NCBI GenBank assembly: GCA_965223345.1
Contig: CBDCWG010000012.1
Coordinates: 2,048,001 to 2,112,000, forward strand
Direction of reading: 5' to 3'
Origin: Nitrospinales bacterium
GTDB lineage: Bacteria; Nitrospinota; Nitrospinia; Nitrospinales; VA-1
DNA length: 64,000 nucleotides
Part shown: positions 56,641 to 64,000 of the stretch, in pieces
Numbering within the stretch: position 1 is the stretch's first letter
How the letters are laid out: the number at the start of each line of letters is the position of its first letter
Notes under the pieces: generated by a model
Told to the model about the DNA's origin: nothing
Seen by the model: only the letters and a program-made list of their open reading frames with translations
Databases searched by the model: none
Position numbers and translations under genes: made by a program

Positions 56641-57912
56641 ATGAGTTCTACCGGCACCAATGTTGTTGAACGCGCGAAAATTGAAAACGTCGATGTGCGG
56701 GACATCGCCCGCGAACACGGGACCCCGGTGTACGTGTATTCGCTCGCGGCCTTGAGAAAATCGATCGCCGAGATCAAACCGCTGGCGCCGGTGACCCGCT
56801 ACGCCATGAAGGCCTGCTCGAACGCGGCCATCCTGAAAGAGATGCTCAAGCAGGGCATCAAGATCGACGCGGTGAACATCTATGAGGTGAAGCGCGCGCT
56901 GAAAATCGGGTTCGCCGCCGAGGACATTCTGTTCACCAGCGACCTGTTCATCCAGCCCGACGATGTGCGGTTCTGCCTCGACAACGGTATCTTCGTCAAC
57001 TGCGGCACTCTGGGGATGGTGGAGGAATACGGCCAGGCGCTCAAGAAAAACGGCGCGGGCTCGCCGAAGATCTCCATCCGCATCAACCCCGGCGAAGGCG
57101 TCGGCCACTCGAAAAAGACCAACACCGGCGGACCCTACAGCAAGCACGGCATCTGGTTCGAGAACCTCGACGCGGCGCAGCAAATCGCCGATAAGTACGG
57201 GCTCACGATCTCGGGCGCGCACATTCACATCGGCTCCGGCGGCGACATGGAACATCTGAAGCGCATCACCGGCAAGCTGGTGGAGTTCGCCAAGCGCTTT
57301 TCCGGGCTGGAGGTCATCAATTTCGGCGGCGGCCTGCCGTATCAGTACGACCCGGAAAAACCGCAGGAAGACATCTCCGGCTACCGCACCATCCTCGAAG
57401 AGCGCACAGCCATTCTGGAAAAACATTTCGGCCGCAGCATCGTCTGCGAGATCGAACCGGGCAGGCGTTTCGTCGCGGGCTGCGGTACGCTGCTCGGCGA
57501 GGTGCGCTCGCTCAACCACACCTTCGACGAGGACCGCAAGCGGCTGGACTACGTGCTGGTGAACGTGGGCTTCTGCCATCTGATCCGGCCGATGGCGTAC
57601 GGATCGTTCCATCCCATCTGGTTCGTCGGCGACGATCTCGGGCCGGAGCAGGATCTCATCATCGCCGGGCCGGTGTGCGAGTCGGGCGACGTGCTGACCC
57701 AGAAAAACGAGGAGCCGGTGCCGCGCCGGCTGCCGATGCCGAAAGTCGGGGATCTCGTTCTGATCGGTGGGGCCGGGGCGTACGGGTTTGCGATGTCCTC
57801 CAATTACAACTCCCAGCCCCTGATCCCGGAAGTGGTGGTGGACGGCGACCGCTTCACCCTGAGCCGCCGGCGGCAGACCCTCGACGACGTGCTGCGCGAG
57901 GAAACCGCCTGA
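56641..57912 (+). CDS. lysA: Diaminopimelate decarboxylase
   Basis: GTPVYVY, YAMKACSN, RINPG..TGG..SKHGI, HIHIGS, EPGR, GPVCESGD, GAYG..MSSNYNS. Confidence 0.92.
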   Translation: MSSTGTNVVERAKIENVDVRDIAREHGTPVYVYSLAALRKSIAEIKPLAPVTRYAMKACSNAAILKEMLKQGIKIDAVNIYEVKRALKIGFAAEDILFTSDLFIQPDDVRFCLDNGIFVNCGTLGMVEEYGQALKKNGAGSPKISIRINPGEGVGHSKKTNTGGPYSKHGIWFENLDAAQQIADKYGLTISGAHIHIGSGGDMEHLKRITGKLVEFAKRFSGLEVINFGGGLPYQYDPEKPQEDISGYRTILEERTAILEKHFGRSIVCEIEPGRRFVAGCGTLLGEVRSLNHTFDEDRKRLDYVLVNVGFCHLIRPMAYGSFHPIWFVGDDLGPEQDLIIAGPVCESGDVLTQKNEEPVPRRLPMPKVGDLVLIGGAGAYGFAMSSNYNSQPLIPEVVVDGDRFTLSRRRQTLDDVLREETA

Positions 57913-57932
57913 TTCACCCACAGCCCGGAAAA

Positions 57933-58331
57933 ATGTCTGCAATAACACCCCTGCTGAGATTTCCGAGTGCCCAGAAACACGATCCTGCCATCGACGCCTG
58001 GCTTGACGATGGCGAGAGCGAGCTTTATGCCGTTGCGCGGCACTGGTTCGAACGCATGCGCGCCTGCGGCGGTGATGTCCGCGAACTCATGCACGACGGA
58101 TGCCCCACCGCCTGCGTGGGCGATGCGGCCTTTGCCTATGTGAATGTCTTCAGGGCGCACATGAATGTCGGTTTTTTCCTGGGCGCATTCATGCAGGACC
58201 CCGAAAACTTAATGGAAGGCACCGGGAAATGCATGCGGCATGTGAAAATCAAACCCGGCAAGGCAATCGATGGGGAGGCGCTTGGACAATTGGTGCAAGA
58301 CAGCTACCGGATTGTCAAAAAGAACGCCTGA
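57933..58331 (+). CDS. DUF1801-domain protein
   Basis: From ATG 57933: HDGCPTAC..FAYVNVF..H.NVGFF.GA..DP..L.EGTGK.MRHVKI. Confidence 0.8.
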   Translation: MSAITPLLRFPSAQKHDPAIDAWLDDGESELYAVARHWFERMRACGGDVRELMHDGCPTACVGDAAFAYVNVFRAHMNVGFFLGAFMQDPENLMEGTGKCMRHVKIKPGKAIDGEALGQLVQDSYRIVKKNA

Positions 58332-58430
58332 GCCTTTAATTTCTGATCTCTCACCAAAGCCACCCAATTAAAATTCGTTCCCGCAGTGAAGATTCGGTCC
58401 CGCCCCCTTCGTGCCGCATCGGGTTTCATT

Positions 58431-58736
58431 TCAAAACAACGCATCCACTTTCTGCGCCATCTGCACGTCGGCCAGCGTGACGCCGCTTGCGGTGTGGGTC
58501 CAGTAGCGCACGGTGATGCGCTTGTAATGGATGAAGATATCCGGATGGTGGTTGTTTTCCTCGGCCAGTTCCGCCACCTTGTGGACGAAGTCGATGCCCT
58601 CCATGAACGCGCGGGCGTGCTTGACCCGTTCGATGTGCGGGACGCCCTTGTCGTTTTTTCCGGTTTTCCACTCCGGCGCCATTGCCTTCAGTTTTTCCTG
58701 CAGTTCGCTTTCCGTCAGCGCGACTTTTTCCACCAT
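58431..58736 (-). CDS. Pterin-4a-carbinolamine dehydratase
   Basis: AEENNHHPDI, WTH..GVT..D motif. Start MVEKV has SD GGAG. Confidence 0.9.
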   Translation of the reverse strand: MVEKVALTESELQEKLKAMAPEWKTGKNDKGVPHIERVKHARAFMEGIDFVHKVAELAEENNHHPDIFIHYKRITVRYWTHTASGVTLADVQMAQKVDALF

Positions 58737-58964
58737 GTTCGAAACTCCTGATCGAAATGTTCGAAGGAGGGATATTCCGGCGCAAACCATCCGGGAAACC
58801 CCTTTCATCGTTTGATTTTGCGAGGATCTTTGTTAAGTTAAAAATTATAACAGAAACGTGCTCTCGCTCCTTATCTGCGCCGCAATTTCCACGAATGCTG
58901 TGAAAACGGGCGCAACGACACCGGAGACGGAACGAACCTTTTGGACCCCAAGCTGAGGTAACCC

Positions 58965-59756
58965 ATGAAGACCATCAAAACCCTGCTCTCAATCGCTCTT
59001 ATTCTGGCCGTCGTGTCCCCTGTTCAGGCTAAGGAAGAAGGCGTCAGAATGTTCGGCATCAAGGAGGCGACCATTCATTATAAAATGGAAGGGTCGATGA
59101 ACGGCACGCGCGTGCAGTATTTCAAGGATTACGGCAAGCAGCTCGCGGAAGAGATGCGATCCGAAGTGAACGTCATGGGCATGTCCATAAAGCAGCACAA
59201 CCGAACCATCACGCAGGGACCCTGGGTGGTGAGCATCGATCTGGAAAAGAACACCGCGACGCGCATGCGCAATCCCATGTACGAACAGATCAAGAAAAGC
59301 GCCGCGGCCGGGAAAGGCAAAAAGGCCTCGGAGCGTTACATGAAGGCGATGGGCGGCACGGACACGGGCAAAACCGAAAAATTCGCCGGTGAAAAATGCC
59401 GCATCTGGGACGTTCCCCGTTTTGTTTCGAAAATGTGCGTCACCGACGACGGACTGCCGATCTGGCACGAAAGCAATGTGGCGGGCATGAAGAACACGTT
59501 TGTCGCCACGAAAATCATCAAAGGCGATCCCGGTCCGGCCAGCGTCTATGAAGTTCCCAAAGGCATGACGGTGACGGACCAGGAAATGCCCGACCTCAGC
59601 CAGTTTCAGGAAATGCGCAAGCACCGCTCCCAGGCGATGAAGGAGATGCAGCGGGAGCGGGCAAACAACCCGGATGCCGCGCAGATGCCCGATATGGAAA
59701 ATATGCCGGATATGCAAAAGCTGATGGAGATGTTCAAGCCCAAGAGGCAGAACTGA
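58965..59756 (+). CDS. Exported hypothetical protein (DUF4412-like), Met-rich tail
   Basis: Signal peptide, TGKTEKFAGEKC motif, MPD repeats at the C-terminus. Confidence 0.7.
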   Translation: MKTIKTLLSIALILAVVSPVQAKEEGVRMFGIKEATIHYKMEGSMNGTRVQYFKDYGKQLAEEMRSEVNVMGMSIKQHNRTITQGPWVVSIDLEKNTATRMRNPMYEQIKKSAAAGKGKKASERYMKAMGGTDTGKTEKFAGEKCRIWDVPRFVSKMCVTDDGLPIWHESNVAGMKNTFVATKIIKGDPGPASVYEVPKGMTVTDQEMPDLSQFQEMRKHRSQAMKEMQRERANNPDAAQMPDMENMPDMQKLMEMFKPKRQN

Positions 59757-59767
59757 CCGGCGAAAAC

Positions 59768-60496
59768 TTGGCGAGAATCAGCAAGCACGCGGTCCGGGAA
59801 AAAATCTGGCAGCATCTGCGTGAGGCCGGACTCGCGCGTTTCCCCTTTCCCATTCAGCACCGCATTCCCAACTTCAAAGACGCCGAGGCCGCCGCAAGGC
59901 GGCTCGCTGCCGAGCCTTTCTACAAAGACGCGCAGAACCTCAAGTGCAACCCCGACAGCCCGCAGCGCCCGGTGCGCCTGCAGGCGCTCAAAGACGGCAA
60001 GACCGTGTTCATGGCGGTGCCGCGCCTGCGCGAGGCGCGCTGCTTCCTCCGTCTCGACCCTCATAGAATCGATCCTGAAAACCTGAAGAAAGCCGCGAGC
60101 ATCGCCGGGGCGGCGAAGTTTGGCGTTCCCGTTTTGCCAAAGGAAATGCTCGCCATCGATCTTATCGTCGCGGGCTCGGTCGCGGTGCGGGAAAACGGCG
60201 CGCGGGCAGGGAAGGGCGGCGGTTACTCGGATCTGGAATTCGCACTCGCCACCGAGCTCGGCATCGTGACGCCGCAGACGAAGATCGTCAGCACCGTGCA
60301 CGACGATCAGGTGGTGGCCGATAGCTGGCAGGTACAGCCCTACGACATCCCGCTGGATTACATCGTCACACCGACGCGGACGATTGAATGCAGAGACCGG
60401 CATCCCCGGCCGAAGGGAATTTTATGGGACCTGCTGAAAGAGGAGATGCTCAAGGATATTCCGGTTTTGCAGGAGAGGAAAAGACGCAACGGATAA
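59768..60496 (+). CDS. 5-formyltetrahydrofolate cyclo-ligase-like protein (MTHFSD type)
   Basis: RIPNFK, NPDSPQ, GSVAV..G.R.GKGGGYSDLE, TVHD.Q, D.IVTP. TTG start. Confidence 0.88.
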   Translation: MARISKHAVREKIWQHLREAGLARFPFPIQHRIPNFKDAEAAARRLAAEPFYKDAQNLKCNPDSPQRPVRLQALKDGKTVFMAVPRLREARCFLRLDPHRIDPENLKKAASIAGAAKFGVPVLPKEMLAIDLIVAGSVAVRENGARAGKGGGYSDLEFALATELGIVTPQTKIVSTVHDDQVVADSWQVQPYDIPLDYIVTPTRTIECRDRHPRPKGILWDLLKEEMLKDIPVLQERKRRNG

Positions 60497-60600
60497 CCGC
60501 AAAGAAAAGAATCAGACAGGGTTGACAGGATAAAAGCAAAAAAGCGGTCTCGCGCAAAGGCGCAAAGGAAATATGAGCCGGAAAAGCGCAGAAGAAGTTC

Positions 60601-61437
60601 TTAAAAAAGTGCTGTTGAGTCTGGCTTGACCGCTTTGAATACGATGGCTTGCAGCGGTATTTTCAGCGGGCTCGGGCCGAATTCAGCTTCAATGGCTTGG
60701 GCGACGGCTTTTGTCACTTCATTCGCCGTTGCGTTTGCCCGTTCGTTGATCTCAAGGATACCCGGGTTGCCTTCCACCAGCCCTTTTGCAATAGAGTCGG
60801 GTTCCAGTCCCTCTATCGTTTCAGACACGGTATCAAACTCGATATTTGTCAAACCCGCCTGCTCTAACAGAATTTTTATAGGATCGATGTCATAAAAGCC
60901 AAAAGGGGTTTTGAGGAATTTCGGCGGCTCGTCGTCAAAAAAACCGGAGATCGTTTCATGGGCGATCGCAACGCATCGATTCTGCTCAAACGAATCCCAG
61001 ACGTTGAACGCAAGCAATCCACCCGGCTTGAGCACCCGGCTCATTTCATTCACCGCTTTCAATTTGTCGGGAAAAAACATGAGGCCGAACTGGCATAAAA
61101 CCAGATCGAATTCCCGGTCCTCGAAGGGAAGCGACAGCGCATCCGCGATCTCAAATGTGACCCCCTGCAAGTGACCCTGCTTTTTTCGTGCGTGTTCGAT
61201 CATGGCGCCATTGAGGTCGGTTGCAAGAATCACCGCCGTCTCCGGAGACGTTTTGCGGAAATGGTGCGTGGCGATTCCAGTGCCGCAGGCCACCTCGAGT
61301 ATTTTGCCGTGGGGAGGGATGTGGTCCTTGATACGCGCAGCCAGATCCTTGGCCGAAAACTCAAAAAGCAATGGCCCCAGACAGGTATCGTATATTTCGG
61401 GAATCGATCCTGTGAATTGTGAATGTTTTTGGCTCAT
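60601..61437 (-). CDS. Class I SAM-dependent methyltransferase (UbiE-like fold)
   Basis: FTGSIPEIYD, LEVACGTG, TDLN..M, CQFGLMFFPD, RVLKPGG. Likely start MSQKH. Confidence 0.9.
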   Translation of the reverse strand: MSQKHSQFTGSIPEIYDTCLGPLLFEFSAKDLAARIKDHIPPHGKILEVACGTGIATHHFRKTSPETAVILATDLNGAMIEHARKKQGHLQGVTFEIADALSLPFEDREFDLVLCQFGLMFFPDKLKAVNEMSRVLKPGGLLAFNVWDSFEQNRCVAIAHETISGFFDDEPPKFLKTPFGFYDIDPIKILLEQAGLTNIEFDTVSETIEGLEPDSIAKGLVEGNPGILEINERANATANEVTKAVAQAIEAEFGPSPLKIPLQAIVFKAVKPDSTALF

Positions 61438-61548
61438 GCTGTTGAATAACGATTGCAGGTTCAGTAACCGCAACAGCTCCTCTATTTTTGTGACTGGGAG
61501 TGGAAATAGTACAACAAAATCCATATCGGCGCAAAACGGATACACCTA

Positions 61549-61632
61549 TCACCCTGAGGCCTTCAGCATACTCAAGTCAGCCTCGGTCGAAGGGGGAAGG
61601 GGAAAGTCATGCTTCGACAAGCTCAGCATGAC
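61549..61632. repeat. REP-like palindromic element remnant
   Basis: TCACCCTGAG...GTCGAAGGG followed by GTCATGCTTCGACAAGCTCAGCATGAC (self-complementary ends GTCATGC/GCATGAC). Confidence 0.55.
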
Positions 61633-61641
61633 AGTCACATT

Positions 61642-61899
61642 TCATCCTTCAATCAACAAATCCAGTTTCTTGCGCAGGGTCACGGGGTGGACTTTGTAGA
61701 CGAACGCGTCTTCGCCGTTGATGCGCAGGACGGGGATCTTTTCCTTGTACGCCTCGAACAGCTCGGGGTTGGTGCTGATGTCTGTGAGATGCAGATCCGC
61801 CGGGTAGTCGGGCAGCACGTCCTGCACAGTGGCTTTGGCGGTGTCGCAGAGGGGGCAGTCGTCTTTGGTCAGGATTTCAAGCTGGATGCGGCCGGGCAT
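61642..61899 (-). CDS. Glutaredoxin-like (DUF836) protein
   Basis: CPLC, DI..NPEL..Y..IPVL. Confidence 0.88.
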   Translation of the reverse strand: MPGRIQLEILTKDDCPLCDTAKATVQDVLPDYPADLHLTDISTNPELFEAYKEKIPVLRINGEDAFVYKVHPVTLRKKLDLLIEG

Positions 61900-61903
61900 G
61901 CGG

Positions 61904-62917
61904 CTACATGGTGTGGGTCATGGTGGTGACTTTGCCCCAGATGATGAGCCCGACCATCAGCACGACCATGAAGATGATGAACGCGGTGGCGATGGGGCGT
62001 TTCTGCCAGCGGCGTTCCTCGCTGCGGTCGATGAACGGGATGATCACCAGGATGCCGATGAGCGCCAGCGGCGCAACCACGAGAAACGGCACCCACAGGT
62101 TTTCCAGGGCGTAGAGCCAGACGAACTGCCACGGCGGCTTGGTGACTTCCAGTCCCGGAATCGGATCGTCTCCCAAGGGCGGCGCGATGAACAGCGCCAG
62201 CAGGCAGATGAGCAAAAAGGCGCCGGCGCCCGCGCGTCTGAGGTAGGCCATGTGCTGGGTGAATTTGATGACCTTGCCGCCTTCGGGTTTGTCCGGCAGC
62301 GGCGAGAGCTTGTGGTACTTGATGTAGAACATGTGCAGGCCCAGCAGCATGACGGTGATCAGCGGCAGCAGCGAAATGTGCGCCATGTAGATGCGCGATA
62401 ACAGCGGCACGCCCTGGGCGAATTTTTCGGTGAACGGCGCGCCGAAGATGCCCATGCCCTCGACCACCCAGAGGAAATGGTCCAGCGCCTCGTAGGCTTC
62501 CTGGTCCCATTTGAGGACGGTGCCGGTGAACAGCAGGTTCCCCATCATCAGCAGTAGGGCGACGCCGATGAGCCAGTTGACCTCGCGCGGTTTTTTGTAG
62601 GAGGCGGTCCAGAACACACGCAGCATGTGCAGGACCAGCGTCACGGTCAGCACTTCGGCCGCCCAGAAATGGATGCCGCGCAGAAACCAGCCGAGGTAGA
62701 TCTGATCTGTCAGGTAGTGCAGGCTCTGGTTGGCACGTTCGGGAACGGGGATGTAAAACTGCGACAGCAGAATGCCGCTCACAACCAGGATGGTGAAGGC
62801 CGAGGCGGTGATGCCGCCGAGGGAATACGGGATCGAATTGGCGTGCTCCTCGATATCGTATTCGAGCAGTTGCAGGCCGAGGCGTTCTTTTATGGTTTCA
62901 ACGATCCCGTTCGCCAT
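61904..62917 (-). CDS. Cytochrome b/b6-family protein (fused b6 + subunit IV-like), no adjacent Rieske gene
   Basis: [52 protein letters not shown]. Confidence 0.88.
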   Translation of the reverse strand: MANGIVETIKERLGLQLLEYDIEEHANSIPYSLGGITASAFTILVVSGILLSQFYIPVPERANQSLHYLTDQIYLGWFLRGIHFWAAEVLTVTLVLHMLRVFWTASYKKPREVNWLIGVALLLMMGNLLFTGTVLKWDQEAYEALDHFLWVVEGMGIFGAPFTEKFAQGVPLLSRIYMAHISLLPLITVMLLGLHMFYIKYHKLSPLPDKPEGGKVIKFTQHMAYLRRAGAGAFLLICLLALFIAPPLGDDPIPGLEVTKPPWQFVWLYALENLWVPFLVVAPLALIGILVIIPFIDRSEERRWQKRPIATAFIIFMVVLMVGLIIWGKVTTMTHTM

Positions 62918-62985
62918 CGAATTATGGAGAAACCCGGCATGCCGGGGGGTGGTGCGGGTGAAGGTTCATTCCCGGAAAACGGGAA

Positions 62986-63459
62986 TCATTCGTTGGGACG
63001 CTTGAAGCTCAGAAAACCGAAAACCAGACCGGACAGCAGCGTGATGGCCGCCGCGACGCCGTAACCCTTGGAGTCGGTGGACACCATCTCGTGCTCGGCG
63101 AGTTCGACCTGCGGTTCCTCGTGCCCCGCATGGTTACTGCCGCTGCCTTCGCTGTGCTGCATCGTCTGCATGTCCATCGACGGCGTTTCGCCGCCGAAGA
63201 GGTCCTGCTGAGTGAACAGCGAGCCGGCCGGCTCGCCCGCTTCTTCGCCGTCTTCGCCCACGGCGTAGATCGAATCCTGCGCCGCGCCCGCGTCCTCTTC
63301 GCCGTCGGCGGCGTAGATGGAATCCATCGCGGCGGGCGCTTCCGCTTCAGCGGCTGTATGTTCTTCCTCATGTTTTTCGCCGCCGTGCGCCGCGACCTGC
63401 GCCGCGCAAAACAGCGATACGATTGCCAGAGCCAGAATGCCGTTCCATAAAGGTTTCAT
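62986..63459 (-). CDS. Exported acidic His/Met-containing protein with C-terminal TM anchor
   Basis: Signal peptide then HGGEKHEEEH, two DSIYA repeats, MDMQTMQH..HAGH, hydrophobic C-terminus. Confidence 0.7.
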   Translation of the reverse strand: MKPLWNGILALAIVSLFCAAQVAAHGGEKHEEEHTAAEAEAPAAMDSIYAADGEEDAGAAQDSIYAVGEDGEEAGEPAGSLFTQQDLFGGETPSMDMQTMQHSEGSGSNHAGHEEPQVELAEHEMVSTDSKGYGVAAAITLLSGLVFGFLSFKRPNE

Positions 63460-63460
63460 G

Positions 63461-64000
63461 TCAGCTCTCCAGGACGATCCGCGCGAACGCTTCCATCATT
63501 TCGTCGGTGGCCCAGTCGTCCGGGCCGATCTTCTTGTAGATGATCAACCCGTCTCGGTTGACGATGAAGGTTTCGGGCACGCCCGTGGTCTTGTAGTCTT
63601 TTTTGGCGACTTCGCTTTCCGGATCGAGCAGCACCGGAAAGGTCAGCTTGTATTTGTCCATGAACGGCTGGATCAGCGACTGATCCTTGTCGATGCTGAT
63701 GGTCAGCATCTCGAAGCCGTCGTCCTTGTAACGGTCGTAGAGTTTCTGCATCGAGGGCATCTCCACCTCGCAGGTGCCGCACCAGGTGGCCCAGAAATTG
63801 ATGAACACCACCTTGCCGCGGTAGTCCAGCAGGTTCACCTTGCTGCCGGTGAGCGATTCCAGCTCGAAGTTGGGAGCGAGAAAGGACACCGAGGGATATT
63901 CCGTCTTGCCCGGTTCCAAAGGCTGCTTGTTGAGCGTGATGATGAAGATGGAGAGCAGCGTCATCACGAGCAGGGTGTAGGGGATGTAAATGCTGACGGG
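63461..64000 (-). CDS. TlpA/ResA-family thiol-disulfide oxidoreductase (5' end beyond the window)
   Basis: APNFEL, INFWATWCGTCEVEMP, GVPETFIV. The frame is open to the window edge. Confidence 0.92.
   Translation of the reverse strand, partial: PVSIYIPYTLLVMTLLSIFIITLNKQPLEPGKTEYPSVSFLAPNFELESLTGSKVNLLDYRGKVVFINFWATWCGTCEVEMPSMQKLYDRYKDDGFEMLTISIDKDQSLIQPFMDKYKLTFPVLLDPESEVAKKDYKTTGVPETFIVNRDGLIIYKKIGPDDWATDEMMEAFARIVLES

Noticed and set aside
54506..57948. 635-aa plus-strand and 449-aa minus-strand ORFs
   Set aside because: Antisense shadows of speA and lysA.
61904..62917. Assigning petB/qcrB
   Set aside because: Qo motif is altered and no Rieske partner is visible; gene symbol withheld.

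Overview
A GC-rich bacterial chromosomal window from a diderm organism; finer taxonomy cannot be established from sequence alone. Contents, left to right: (1) a czcCBA-type heavy-metal RND efflux operon, truncated at the left edge, headed by a His-rich leader ORF ending RSPP. (2) A dense signalling block: CheY-like regulator, soluble 3xPAS chemoreceptor fused to a C-terminal truncated haemoglobin, NarL-type regulator with a CHASE/PAS/GAF kinase, and a CHASE2 class III cyclase flanked by two cNMP-PAS effectors, followed by a sigma54-preceded FecR-domain protein and a TPR/beta-barrel outer-membrane protein. (3) PMM/PGM plus a PhoX-like gene, converging on a GAK-system operon (two amphi-Trp proteins, ATP-grasp, HprK-related kinase, PhoU-phosphotransferase fusion, divergent PHP protein); both sides have candidate 11-bp-periodic pho-box-like promoters. 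(4) A probable decayed island: hydrolase scrap, HtrA-like protease, YHS remnant, cusCBA, two more Cys/His plus polyproline leader ORFs, two low-GC methyltransferases and a dead P4-like integrase next to tRNA-Glu(CTC). (5) Mostly housekeeping genes (tRNA-Gln, rsmD, mnmA, suhB, speA, lysA and others), ending in a TlpA - acidic protein - stand-alone cytochrome b - glutaredoxin operon. Best candidates for undescribed biology: three metal-sensing, arrest-type leader peptides with visible anti-SD/SD pairings; the trans-envelope cyclic-nucleotide module whose cyclase has non-canonical specificity residues; the MCP-globin fusion; and a possibly phosphate-regulated GAK locus. All family assignments are by motif recognition, not database search.
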